From Macrostomum lignano (Eukaryota): DNA of 64,000 nt. The position numbers were made by a program, and so were the translations under genes. The notes beneath the pieces were generated by a model. That model did not search any database. It had not been told where the DNA came from and saw only the letters and a list, made by a program, of their open reading frames with translations. Where the stretch lies: NCBI GenBank assembly GCA_002269645.1, contig NIVC01000975.1:332615-396614 (forward strand), given 5' to 3'. Shown here piece by piece: positions 50,883-60,679 of this stretch. The stretch's first letter is position 1. Each line of letters starts with the position of its first letter.

Positions 50883-52007
50883 ATGGATGCTGGAGGTGCT
50901 GCTGGAGGTGCTGCTGGAGGTGCGGCTGGAGGTGCGGCTGGAGGTGCGGCTGGAGGTGCGGCTGGAGGTGCGGCTGGAGGTGCGGCTGGAGGTGCGGCTG
51001 GAGGTGCGGCTGGAGGTGCTGCTGGAGGTGCTGCTGGAGCCTTTGGTGTTAATGATCTGGTCGCCGCCTTGACTGCCCAGATTCAGCAGAACATGCAGCA
51101 AGCGGGTGCCCTCAGGATTCAGAGGCCGGTGAAGTATGCTCCAGGAATGAATTTCGTGAAGTGGTTGAGGCTCTTCGTAGCTTATTGCGATGCCATGCAG
51201 ATTCCGATGCAGAATCGGCGCGCTCAGTTGCTCAGCAACCTAGACTTCAGCACCTTCCAAGTTGTTGACAACATGAACCTTGGGGACGACTTGCAGTTCG
51301 AAGAATTTACCCAGGCCTTGAGGGATAGGTTCACTATGCACCGTACCGTCGTCGACTACCGCACAGAACTGAGCAATAGAGAGCAGAGTGAGAAGGAGTC
51401 GGTAGAAGATTTCTCTGAAGCTGTGATTGAGTTGGTCGCAAACGCCTTTCCTGATGCGCCTGCCGATGTGCGCGATGATCTTGCGAAAGAGCGATTTATG
51501 CGAGGCGTCCGTGCGGGGGTGGCTGTGCGGGAGCGACTGTACATGAGCCAGCCGGAGACGTTAGCGGACGCAATGCGTCTGGTGCATCAGCTGGAAGCGG
51601 CGGTTAGGGCAAGTCATGGTCCACCAGGTCAGGTATCGAAAAGAACCGTTTGTGCTGTTACGACCGAGACCAGAAAGGAGGCTTCCGAAAGAAGTGAGGT
51701 CGAGATGCTTCGAAAACAGCTGGCGGCCATGGAGATGCGAATGAAAGAGATGGAGGAGCGGAGGTCTGAAGAAGCGGCAGAGCCGACCCCGGCGAGTCGG
51801 AAGGCTGTGCAGTGTTTTTCGTGTCGAGAGTGGGGCCATATCTCATCAAAGTGTCCGAAGAAGACCAGTCAGAAGAGTGAAAACGGGAAATCGCCAGTAC
51901 GATGTCACAAGTGCAACGGTGAAGGCCACCTATCCTTCAAGTGTCCGAAGTCGGGAAACGGGCCGAGGGGACCGACCGGGGAGAGTCGGGACCCTGCCAG
52001 GAAGTGA
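50883..52007 (+). CDS. gag: Gag with an N-terminal Gly/Ala repeat and two CCHC zinc knuckles
   Basis: CFSCREWGHISSKC and CHKCNGEGHLSFKC; retrotransposon capsid-like QSEKESVEDF...ERFMRG. Confidence 0.92.
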   Translation: MDAGGAAGGAAGGAAGGAAGGAAGGAAGGAAGGAAGGAAGGAAGGAAGGAAGAFGVNDLVAALTAQIQQNMQQAGALRIQRPVKYAPGMNFVKWLRLFVAYCDAMQIPMQNRRAQLLSNLDFSTFQVVDNMNLGDDLQFEEFTQALRDRFTMHRTVVDYRTELSNREQSEKESVEDFSEAVIELVANAFPDAPADVRDDLAKERFMRGVRAGVAVRERLYMSQPETLADAMRLVHQLEAAVRASHGPPGQVSKRTVCAVTTETRKEASERSEVEMLRKQLAAMEMRMKEMEERRSEEAAEPTPASRKAVQCFSCREWGHISSKCPKKTSQKSENGKSPVRCHKCNGEGHLSFKCPKSGNGPRGPTGESRDPARK

Positions 52008-52142
52008 AGTCTCCCAGGAGCGAGGAACCGGGGTTGCTCACTAACCTGTAAATAAATCCAAGTGCGTCTCTGGTGATGGAATTCAAAGAGCAACCTGGTT
52101 CATGAGGCGTGTTCGTCGGTATCAACGGAGCCTCTGACAGTT

Positions 52143-53058
52143 TTTATTTCCGGTGCGGTTTCCGGCAAGCCAGTGGCTCTGCTGTTAGACAGTGGTGCGA
52201 GTGTGTCAGTGCTGAGCTGTGATGTTTTCCTGAGGCTGCCGCAAGAGGTGAGGGAGAGACTGACTGCAATGGACGGTTCCCTTTCAACGGCCAATGGAGG
52301 TGCGATGAGGATGAGAGGCTGCATTGTGCTGGACGTGGAGATTGGCGGCGAGCGGTGGTCAGCGAATTTCTTCGTAGTGGACGGATTACGTTATGATGTC
52401 ATTCTCGGGTCCGAATTTTTCAAACAGCATCGTTGCGTCATCAACTATTCAGAGTTTGTCTTTCGAGTGGGCGATGTTAGAGTTCCGATACGGCAGAAAG
52501 GCGAGCTGCCCGTGGTGTGTCGAATCAAAGCCGAGACAACGGTATTTCTGGAACCGGCGCAAGAAGTGATCATGCCAGCCAGGGTAGAGAAAAAGGGCGC
52601 AAGAAACTGCGGATCGGTCGGCATAACGGAAGAAAAGCCGGTGAAGGCCGCTGAGAAGGATTTGGCGCTGGCTCGAGCTCTGGTAGCGCCCGGCGTGGAT
52701 GGACGGCTGCCGATGAGATTGCTGAATACGTCCAGTTGTAGGAAGAGGGTCAAGAAAGGAGAGACGATTGGCTGGTTTATTCCTTTGGAACCGAACGGAG
52801 GTATCAACGTGGTGCGCTTGGACGACGACGTAGAGGCCAAGAATGAAGCGGAGGCATGGGACCCGATCGAAGAATTCCGCGAGTGGGGTTCGTGTGGCCT
52901 GTCGGAGGAGGAGGAAGCCGACTTCAGGGAGCTGATTTCCCAACATCGGGCTGTCTTTGCTAAGGACTCCAAGGATCTCGGCGGTACGACGGTGATGAAG
53001 CACGAGATCGACACTGGAGATGCCAGGCCTGTGAAAGAGGCGGCGAGGCGGATTCCCC
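52143..53058 (+). CDS. pol: Pol part 1: aspartic protease and linker; frameshifts into RT at about 53055
   Basis: LLDSGASVSVL and DVILGSEF motifs; KHEIDTGDARPVKEAARRIP marks the RT N-terminus. Confidence 0.85.
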
Positions 53059-56000
53059 TTACCTGCGGCAGGAAGTGGACAAGGAGTTGGATGACTTGCT
53101 GGAAGCTGGGAGAATCAGCGAGGTTCAGTCCCCATGGTGCTCTCCGGTGGTGTGCGTGAAAAAGAAGGACGGTTCCCTGAGGTTCTGTTGTGACTACCGG
53201 AAACTGAATGAAGTGACCAAGAAGGATGCAGTGCCGTTGCCCAGGACAGATGACCTGTTGGAGAGCCTAGGCGGTGCCAAGATTTTTTCGACCATGGACA
53301 TGCAGTCGGGATACTGGCAGATGGCGGTGGAACCCAGCGACAGACTGAAGACGGCCTTTGGCGTTTCACACCGGGTACAGCAGTACGCCTGGAACGTTAT
53401 GCCATTTGGATTGACAAATGCACCGGCTTCATTCAGCCGGCTAATGAATGTGGTGTTGGGGAAGTTGTGCTGGAAGACGTGTTTGGTGTATCTGGACGAC
53501 CTGCTAGTGTGGTCACGAACGGTAGAAGAGCACCTGGAACGGTTGCAAACGGTTTTTCGACGGTTGCGAGCAGCGAACATCAAACTGAAGCCGAAGAAGT
53601 GCGCATTCCTGCTGAAGTCAGTGACCTTCCTGGGACACGTAGTGTCAGCTGATGGGATCGCCACGAGTCCAGAAAAGATTGCCGAAATTCGTGACTGGCC
53701 AACTCCGAGGAATGTGAAGGAAGTAAGGTCATTCCTGGGACTGTGCGGGTATTACCGGCAATTCATCGCAGATTTTTCCCGCATTGCTGAGCCGATGCTG
53801 CGACGGACCCGACATGATTGCCCGTGGAGCTGGGATGAGGAGTGTCAAGCCGCATTCGAGGCCCTGAAGGAAAGGTTGCAGGGATCTGAGGTCATGGCGT
53901 TTCCAAACTTTGCGGAGGACGCTGGAGAATTCGTTTTAGACACAGACGGTAGCACAAAAGAAGGAATTGGCGCTGTGCTTTCGCAGGTGCAGAAAGATGG
54001 GAGTGAGAAGGTAATAGCTTACGGAAGCAGGACGTTGTCGCGAGAAGAACGGAATTACTGCACGACACGAGTCGAGTTGCTGGCCGTGGTGTTTTTCGTA
54101 CAGAAGTTTCGTTATTACCTGATGGGGCGAGAGTTTCTAGTGCGCACCGATCACAGCAGCTTGAAGTGGCTGCATTCGCTGCGGGACGTAGAAGGACAAC
54201 TGGCCAGATGGCTGGAACTCTTGGCTCCGTACAGGTATCGCATCGAACATCGTCCGGGAGTGAAACATCAACACGCGGACGCTCTCTCCAGGAAGCCACG
54301 TCGGCGCCATCAAGGAAGCGAGAGTTGTCCTGGATGTGCACAAGAGCAGATCGGCGTGAACGCGTTGGGATTGCAGAAGTGGACCTCGGAGGAGATCAGA
54401 GAGAGCCAGAAGATGGACAGCGACATTCGTCAGGCGATGGAGCTGCTGGCTCACAGCGACGGAGAGATAACCGAAGAGCATTTGCGGCGCATATCACCGA
54501 CGGCAAGGAGGATTGTCGAAAGACGTCGTGACCTTGAGGTGTCGGACAGTGAGGTGTTGCTGTGTCATACGGCCAGTAGACGTCAGCCGCAAGTGGTGTT
54601 GCCACGGAATATGCTGAGAGCGGTGCTGGAAGAAGCTCATGGTGGACGGAGTGGAGGGCACGTTGGGATTTTCAAGACCAAGGAGAAGGTGCGGCAATCG
54701 TTTTGGAGGCCGGGACTTGGCCGCGAGGTCGAAGAGCACGTAAAAGCCTGTTTGGACTGCACCAAGGCCAAAGCTGGCAAGAAACCAATTGCACCGATGG
54801 AGCCGATTCCGAGTTCAAGCCCATTCGATATCGTGATGACGGACGTCATCGGGCCGCTGCCACGGAGCAAGAAAGGAAACTTCTACATCCTCACGGTGCA
54901 AGATGCGTTCTCAAAGTGGCCTGACGCTTATGCCATCCGGAACCAGAAGGCGGCAACGATCGCAAGGGTGCTATTCGAACGCTGGATTGCCAATCACGGG
55001 TGCCCCCGGGTACTTCACTCAGACCAAGGAAGGAACTTTGAGTCGGGGATCGTCAGGAAGCTGTGCGAGCTGTTGGGTGTGAAGAAGACCAGGACGAGCG
55101 CCTACCACCCGAGTGGCAACGGACAGGTGGAACGATTTAATGGGTTCCTGAAGAACAGTTTGCGCACGTATCTGGTACAGAAGGGTCAGAACGCCTGGGA
55201 GGAGTACCTGCCAAGTGCATTGATGGCTTATCGATCGACGGTCCAGGCGTCCACCGGTTACACGCCCTACTACATGCTGCATGGTCAGGAGATGCCACTG
55301 GGATTCGAACCAGAGGACCTTAGGCGAAAGACGGACAGCTGTCCCTTGTTTGTGCAAGAGATCAAGCAGAACCTGCTTCATGCCCATGAACGCATTCGAG
55401 AAGGACGCGAGACGGTTCAGCGACGGCAGAAAATGAATTACGATCGGAAAGTGAAGGGCAAAGCGATTCAGAAGGGCGACTCTGTCTTGCTGTACTATCC
55501 GTGCTTGGAGATGGGAGAGAAAAGCAAGTTCCATATCAACTGGCGCGGCCCAGTGAAGGTCCTGGAGAAGCTGTCAGATGCGTTGTACCGAGTGCAGGAT
55601 CCGACACAGCCGCAGAAGACCAAGGTGGTGCACTTCAACAATCTCCGGCCGGTTCAGGTTCAGACGGAGGCGGCAGACGGTCAAGAGACTAGAGAGGAAA
55701 TTGGGAGGGCCAGTTCGGGAAAAACCAGGCCGCGACGTGATAATTCCGCTGCTGGACGAAGCCGAAGGCAGAGAGTGCAACGGGGCGAGACCCAGAGGTG
55801 GACCGCAGCGCGAGGGCCGCAGGACCAGGAATCCGAGCAGGAAGATGAAGAGTTTGAAGATCTTCAGCTGCGGTTTCAAGATCCAAGAGATCACGCTCCA
55901 CCGGACACCCGAAATCTGGCCGAAGACTGTGAGCCCGGACCTGAGCGTCGAGAAGCAGACGATGACGAAGAAGAGCACGACGATGAGTCGCGGTACGACG

Positions 56001-56146
56001 AGGAGCAGGACGAAGAGGATGAGGCAGAGCCGAACGACGCCAACGTACCCGAGCAGGAAGTGAGGACGGCACAGGAGGAAGCAGGGCGACCAAGACGTCT
56101 GCGGCGACCGCCAGATCGGTTTGGGGTCCCGGTGTACTACTACTGA
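53059..56146 (+). CDS. pol: Pol part 2: reverse transcriptase, RNase H, integrase (HHCC, DDE, GPY/F) with an acidic tail
   Basis: SPW...LRFCCDYRKLN, MPFGL, YLDD, FLG, LDTDGS...GIGAVLSQ, TDH, H...H...CLDC, VQDAFSKW, SDQGRNFES, NGQVERFN, WRGP. Confidence 0.96.
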
Positions 56147-56245
56147 AGAAGGGTCCGGTGTACGGCGCTTGGATAGCCAAAGGGGAAGGGAGGTACATGT
56201 CGTGCGTGTCTCATTGCTCATCGGAGTTAGGCCGGACTGTTACAG

Positions 56246-57226
56246 ATGGCGGACCTCTACGAGTGTCTTGGAGTGCAGCTGTGGGCGTCTGCGGCACAGA
56301 TTCGGAAAGCGTTCTACGGTCGAGCACGCGAACTGCACCCTGACAAGAGCGCAACAGAGGAGACGCGGAAGAGATTCCAGGAGTGCGAAGAGGCGTACCG
56401 AATACTGTCGTGTCCGTTCCTTAGAAAGCTGTACGATATCTTTGGAAATGCTGTTCGTGACCGGGATGAGATGCTTCGGCTCGCAGAAGGGATGTTAGAG
56501 GATGAAGACATGCCCGACGATCTCCGAGAAGAGATAGAAAGACTACAAGAGAGCGACCGATTAGCTGAGGAGGCGTACGAGAGAGAACAGGCGAGGAGGG
56601 ATGAGGAGCACGTCAAGATGGAGGCAAGTGAGGAGGCCTCAGACGATGAGCAGGACGAAGAGATGAACGAGGCGAGTGAGACACTGCCGGAGGAGTACGA
56701 GGTCGAGAAGGTCTTAGGAGTCACGGAGCGAGGAGCGGAGTATCTGCTGCAGTGGGCCGGTGTAGAGGAGCTTGAGACGTCATGGGAAGCGGAGGAAGAT
56801 TGTGCCGGATGTAGAAACCTGATTGAAGAATATCTGCAGAGAGCGTACCGGCTTCAGACAAGACCGTGCCGACCAGTGACCGTCGCGGAACTGGAGAACG
56901 TAGGACCCAGTCGGAAGAAACTGCACCAGGCAATGCGGAAGGGCGACCCGTGGGGCATCTTTGAGGTGCTGCTAGCCCTGAAGGGGAAGTGCGCCACTGC
57001 CTTGGTGGATTTCAAGGAATTCGGTCCGGAGTTGATGCTGCAAATCCTGGGCTACTTGGAGCGAGACGGTCGCAAGTATCCGGGGCACGGAGTTCGTCGG
57101 TGGAGTCGCCAAGCGTGTCAAGCTGTCTACATGTCGGTGATGGTGGTGTTCCCGCTGTTCGACCTGCGACGCCAGGGTTTGGTCCTGGGTGCCCTCCGTA
57201 GGCTGTGGGATTCGTGCTCTGACTGA
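56246..57226 (+). CDS. Retrotransposon ORF3: DnaJ (J) domain, acidic coiled linker, chromodomain and unknown C-terminal domain (326 aa)
   Basis: DLYECLGV...IRKAFYGRARELHPDK...FQECEEAYRILS...RKLYDIFG (J domain, about 56252-56446); EEYEVEKVL...EYLLQWAG...TSWEAEEDC...LIEEY (chromodomain, about 56690-56833). Confidence 0.92.
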   Translation: MADLYECLGVQLWASAAQIRKAFYGRARELHPDKSATEETRKRFQECEEAYRILSCPFLRKLYDIFGNAVRDRDEMLRLAEGMLEDEDMPDDLREEIERLQESDRLAEEAYEREQARRDEEHVKMEASEEASDDEQDEEMNEASETLPEEYEVEKVLGVTERGAEYLLQWAGVEELETSWEAEEDCAGCRNLIEEYLQRAYRLQTRPCRPVTVAELENVGPSRKKLHQAMRKGDPWGIFEVLLALKGKCATALVDFKEFGPELMLQILGYLERDGRKYPGHGVRRWSRQACQAVYMSVMVVFPLFDLRRQGLVLGALRRLWDSCSD

Positions 57227-57788
57227 GGCTATGTCTTCCTAGGGACTTTGGGGCTAGGGACTTTGCAGTGCAGACCCAGGGACAGCGGAGCGGAGGTGGA
57301 CCGGCCTTAACGGGTGCTGACGGAGCGACGCGGCTGTGCAGCAACCGCAGGACTCGACGACCAGCGCAGAGCGACCAGAGCAACCGGCGACAGTAGCGAC
57401 AGGGAGACGAGGCACCAGAGCGACGGCCGTACTCGGCGGGATGCAGGGAAGCAGTGCTAGTATTACTTGTGAGGGTAAATGTTTGACGGTTTCATTTTTT
57501 TGTTTTTTGTGAACATTTAGCGTTTTTTTCGAACTTCAGCGTTTTTGTTAAAGTGAGTTTTTCCCAAAATTTGCGTTTTGCTTCCCAATGATGCGTACTC
57601 ACTATCCTATGTTTGAAGGTTTCTTCGTCATTTTTAAACGGTATAATCACTGCGGTTTTGTTTTTTGTTCGAACTAGTTGCCATGCGAGTCCAAAATATT
57701 TTTCAAATGCGGTTTGTTCCTCTGTTCAATTTTTTTGTTATAGTAGCATCATTTCAATATTCGACTTTTCGAACTCGAACTTTTGTCT

Positions 57789-57800
57789 AGGGGACGGGAG
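57789..57800 (+). promoter_or_regulatory. Polypurine tract (AGGGGACGGGAG)
   Basis: Immediately precedes the 3' LTR. Confidence 0.85.
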
Positions 57801-58632
57801 TGTCATGAATGTGTTATTATGACTGTGTGTACTTTGCTACTTTGCTACGCCGGGCCAGTCGGCCGTCCTCTCCCCCCTCCTTAGATATTTTCTGACTCAC
57901 CCACCTGCACTTCTGCGCGTGCGTACCCCTCCCCTCCCTGCCTAGACCTTTTCTGTTGAGTCAACCCCCCATGCTCTGCGTGCGACCCCCCCCCCTGTGC
58001 GACCCCGCCCCATTATTTTGTTAGCTTTGCTGCCCCGCCCCTGTTTGTGATTGGCTGCCAGTCCCAGTCTGCCGTGCTGCGCCCCGGCGATTGGCTGGTA
58101 CAGCTCATGCGTTGCCTTGGCTGATGTCTAAGCCCCCTTTTCTGCCTTTATCCCGCGCCCTCGACCCCCAGTTTGCTGCCTATTTATTCGGCCCCCTTGA
58201 GACCCCATTCTCGTCGTCTTCGTGGCTCCTCGGCGATTGTGCCAGCGTTGGTTGCTGAATTGCTATTCCTCGCAGAATTGCTAGACAAATATATAAGTAA
58301 AGAATATCGAGATCACCACTGCTCTGACGGCGCTGTTTCTTGTACGACTGAAATCGCGGCTGGTAAGCCTTCCAATTTGTACGTCATTTGGGTCTGCATC
58401 TGTACTAGGCACCTTAGAGGGATTAAGTGCGTCGTACGCCGGTCCCACCCCAAGCAGCTCTGCGTCGTACGCGAGTCTGTAGGCTGTCGTGCGTCGTACG
58501 CTCGAGCAGCCTAGTCCCGACGGACACCGCGTCGTACGCGTGTCAGTGGAGGACCGCAGCCAGGGTCAGTACACGAACCCGGGTCTGGGAAAGGGGCACG
58601 AAAGGACCGAGCCCTTGAGCCCCATCATCACA
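57801..58632 (+). repeat. 3' LTR
   Basis: Near-identical to 49944-50774. Confidence 0.97.
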
Positions 58633-59300
58633 GTATTGTTTAAAAAAATAGCAAGCACAAAATTGAGAGCCAAACATGGTGCAGCTATAATGTAAAATTA
58701 CAGCGTACCTGGATATAAAAACTGTTTGGGTCCAAAGCGCTCTAGGCCTAGGTTGGGCAATGTGCGTGCCTATGGCGTACACCAGAGTCTGAGTAAAAAT
58801 ATAGAACAAAGCCAAACAGGCTAAGCCAAAGCCAAAGCCAAAGCCAAACAGGCCAAACAGCCATGCAGTCCAACACAGCAGTGAAAAAAATCCGCGACAT
58901 AAAAAACTTTTCAGTAGTGTGAACGCGCATCATTGCTATGATTTGTTAGGATCCATGAGTCAATATCGTTCGATAAGATGTACATGTTTAAATTTACAAT
59001 CAAAGTTTGTTCGACATCTAAACAGCTGGTTTATCAGTGCAAAATTAGACTTGAATAATAATAAAAATTTTATTATGAGTTTAATACACAAATAAATTAT
59101 AAAAGTTGTTTTCTTTTATAGTGCATAAAATTCAATTATTATAATAATTAACGAAGTTTATATAGAATTTCTATATAAGGATTTCTAGAGTATGCACGTA
59201 CACTAAATAAGAAGTATTTTATAGTGAAAGTTCCCAGAAAAAATGTTGAGCCTCACTCAGTTCTGCGTTCACACACTGCAGTCACAGACCAAAAAGCAAA

Positions 59301-59489
59301 CTACATGCTGCTGGCAACCCTCGCCTGCAGCATTGAGTTAGCAGCGGCCAGCACCGCGTCAGCGTCTGGACAGGCCGCCTTCACGAAGTCCATGGCCTTC
59401 TGGACCATCAGCTCCCACTGACTCTGCTGAGCTTTGAGACTGTGGCTGAGATGGGCGCAAACCAGAGCTGTGACCCAAACCGACTGGGA
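59301..59489 (-). CDS. VWA5A: VWA5A-like last exon
   Basis: SVWVTALVCAHL...QWELMVQKAMDFV resembles the VWA5A C-terminus (WAT...EWELLERKA). Acceptor CATTGCAG|; stop at 59301-59303. Confidence 0.8.
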   Translation of the reverse strand, partial: SQSVWVTALVCAHLSHSLKAQQSQWELMVQKAMDFVKAACPDADAVLAAANSMLQARVASSM

Positions 59490-59549
59490 CTGCAATGCGA
59501 TCATGGGATACTGGTTGGAGTTCTGCGATGGAATCTTCACGGCGTTTTC

Positions 59550-60403
59550 TCTATGGTGTGATCTCTGTGGTGTGATCTCTATGGTGTGATCTCTGTGGTG
59601 TGATCTCTATGGTGTGATCTCTGTGGTGTGATCTCTATGGTGTGATCTCTGTGGTGTGATCTCTATGGTGTGATCTCTGTGGTGTGATCTCTATGGTGTG
59701 ATCTCTGTGGTGTGATCTCTATGGTGTGATCTCTGTGGTGTGATCTCTATGGTGTGATCTCTGTGGTGTGATCTCTATGGTGTGATCTCTGTGGTGTGAT
59801 CTCTATGGTGTGATCTCTGTGGTGTGATCTCTATGGTGTGATCTCTATGGTGTGATCTCTGTGGTGTGATCTCTATGGTGTGATCTCTATGGTGTGATCT
59901 CTATGGTGTGATCTCTATGGTGTGATCTCTATGGTGTGATCTCTATGGTGTAATCAGTGTGATCTCTATGGTGTGATCTCTATGGTGTGATCTCTATGGT
60001 GTAATCAGTGTGATCTCTACGGTGTGATCCATATGGTGTAATCAGTGTGATCTCTACGGTGTGATCCATATGGTGTAATCAGTGTGATCTCTACGGTGTG
60101 ATCCATATGGTGTGATGTCCATGATGTGATCGCTATGGTGTAATCTCTATGGTGCGATCTCTATGGTGTGATCTCAATGGTGTGATCTCTGTGGTGTGGT
60201 CTCTATGGTGTGATCTCTATGGTGTGATCTCTATGGTGTAATCAGTGTGATCTCTATGGTGTAATCAGTGTGATCTCTATGGTGTGATCTCTATGGTGTG
60301 ATCTCTATGGTGTGATCTCTATGATGTGATCTCTATGGTGTGATCTCTATGGTGTGATCTCTATGGTGTGATCTCTATGGTGTGATCTCTATGGTGTGAT
60401 CTC
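59550..60403. repeat. 14-bp minisatellite (CTATGGTGTGATCT) in the VWA5A-like intron
   Basis: Tandem units visible directly. Confidence 0.97.
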
Positions 60404-60679
60404 TCGCTGGGATAGTTTCTGTTGTGTGTGGCTTGTGTGTACTTATAGTATCGCTTTCTATCGACTCCGTAGTTTCGTGTACTTGATGCAGTGTACACTG
60501 CCGGCACTCTACCGGGTATGTACATTGGTGTTTCGATAATATATATTGGCTTGATTACCCAGACTCTGGGTGTACGAGTTTTCGTAGGTTTCAACACATG
60601 ACTTGGCTTTATCATAAACAGTTTCGGTTATGGCACAATTTTAAATTTCATTTGAGTAGCCAATCAGGATACTGCTTAC

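Larger units (their letters stand above)
49944..58632 (+). mobile_element. Full-length Ty3/gypsy (Metaviridae) LTR retrotransposon with an extra J-domain/chromodomain ORF
   Basis: TG...CA LTRs of 831 and 832 bp, PBS, gag, PR-RT-RH-IN order, PPT. Confidence 0.97.

Noticed and set aside
56246-57226. ORF3 as an envelope gene
   Set aside because: I found no signal peptide, furin-site/fusion architecture or clear C-terminal TM; J and chromo motifs explain the sequence.
57198-57242. 45-nt mini-intron (GTAGGC...CTGAC...TTCCTAG) removing the ORF3 stop
   Set aside because: It would add only about 22 unremarkable residues and has no independent support.
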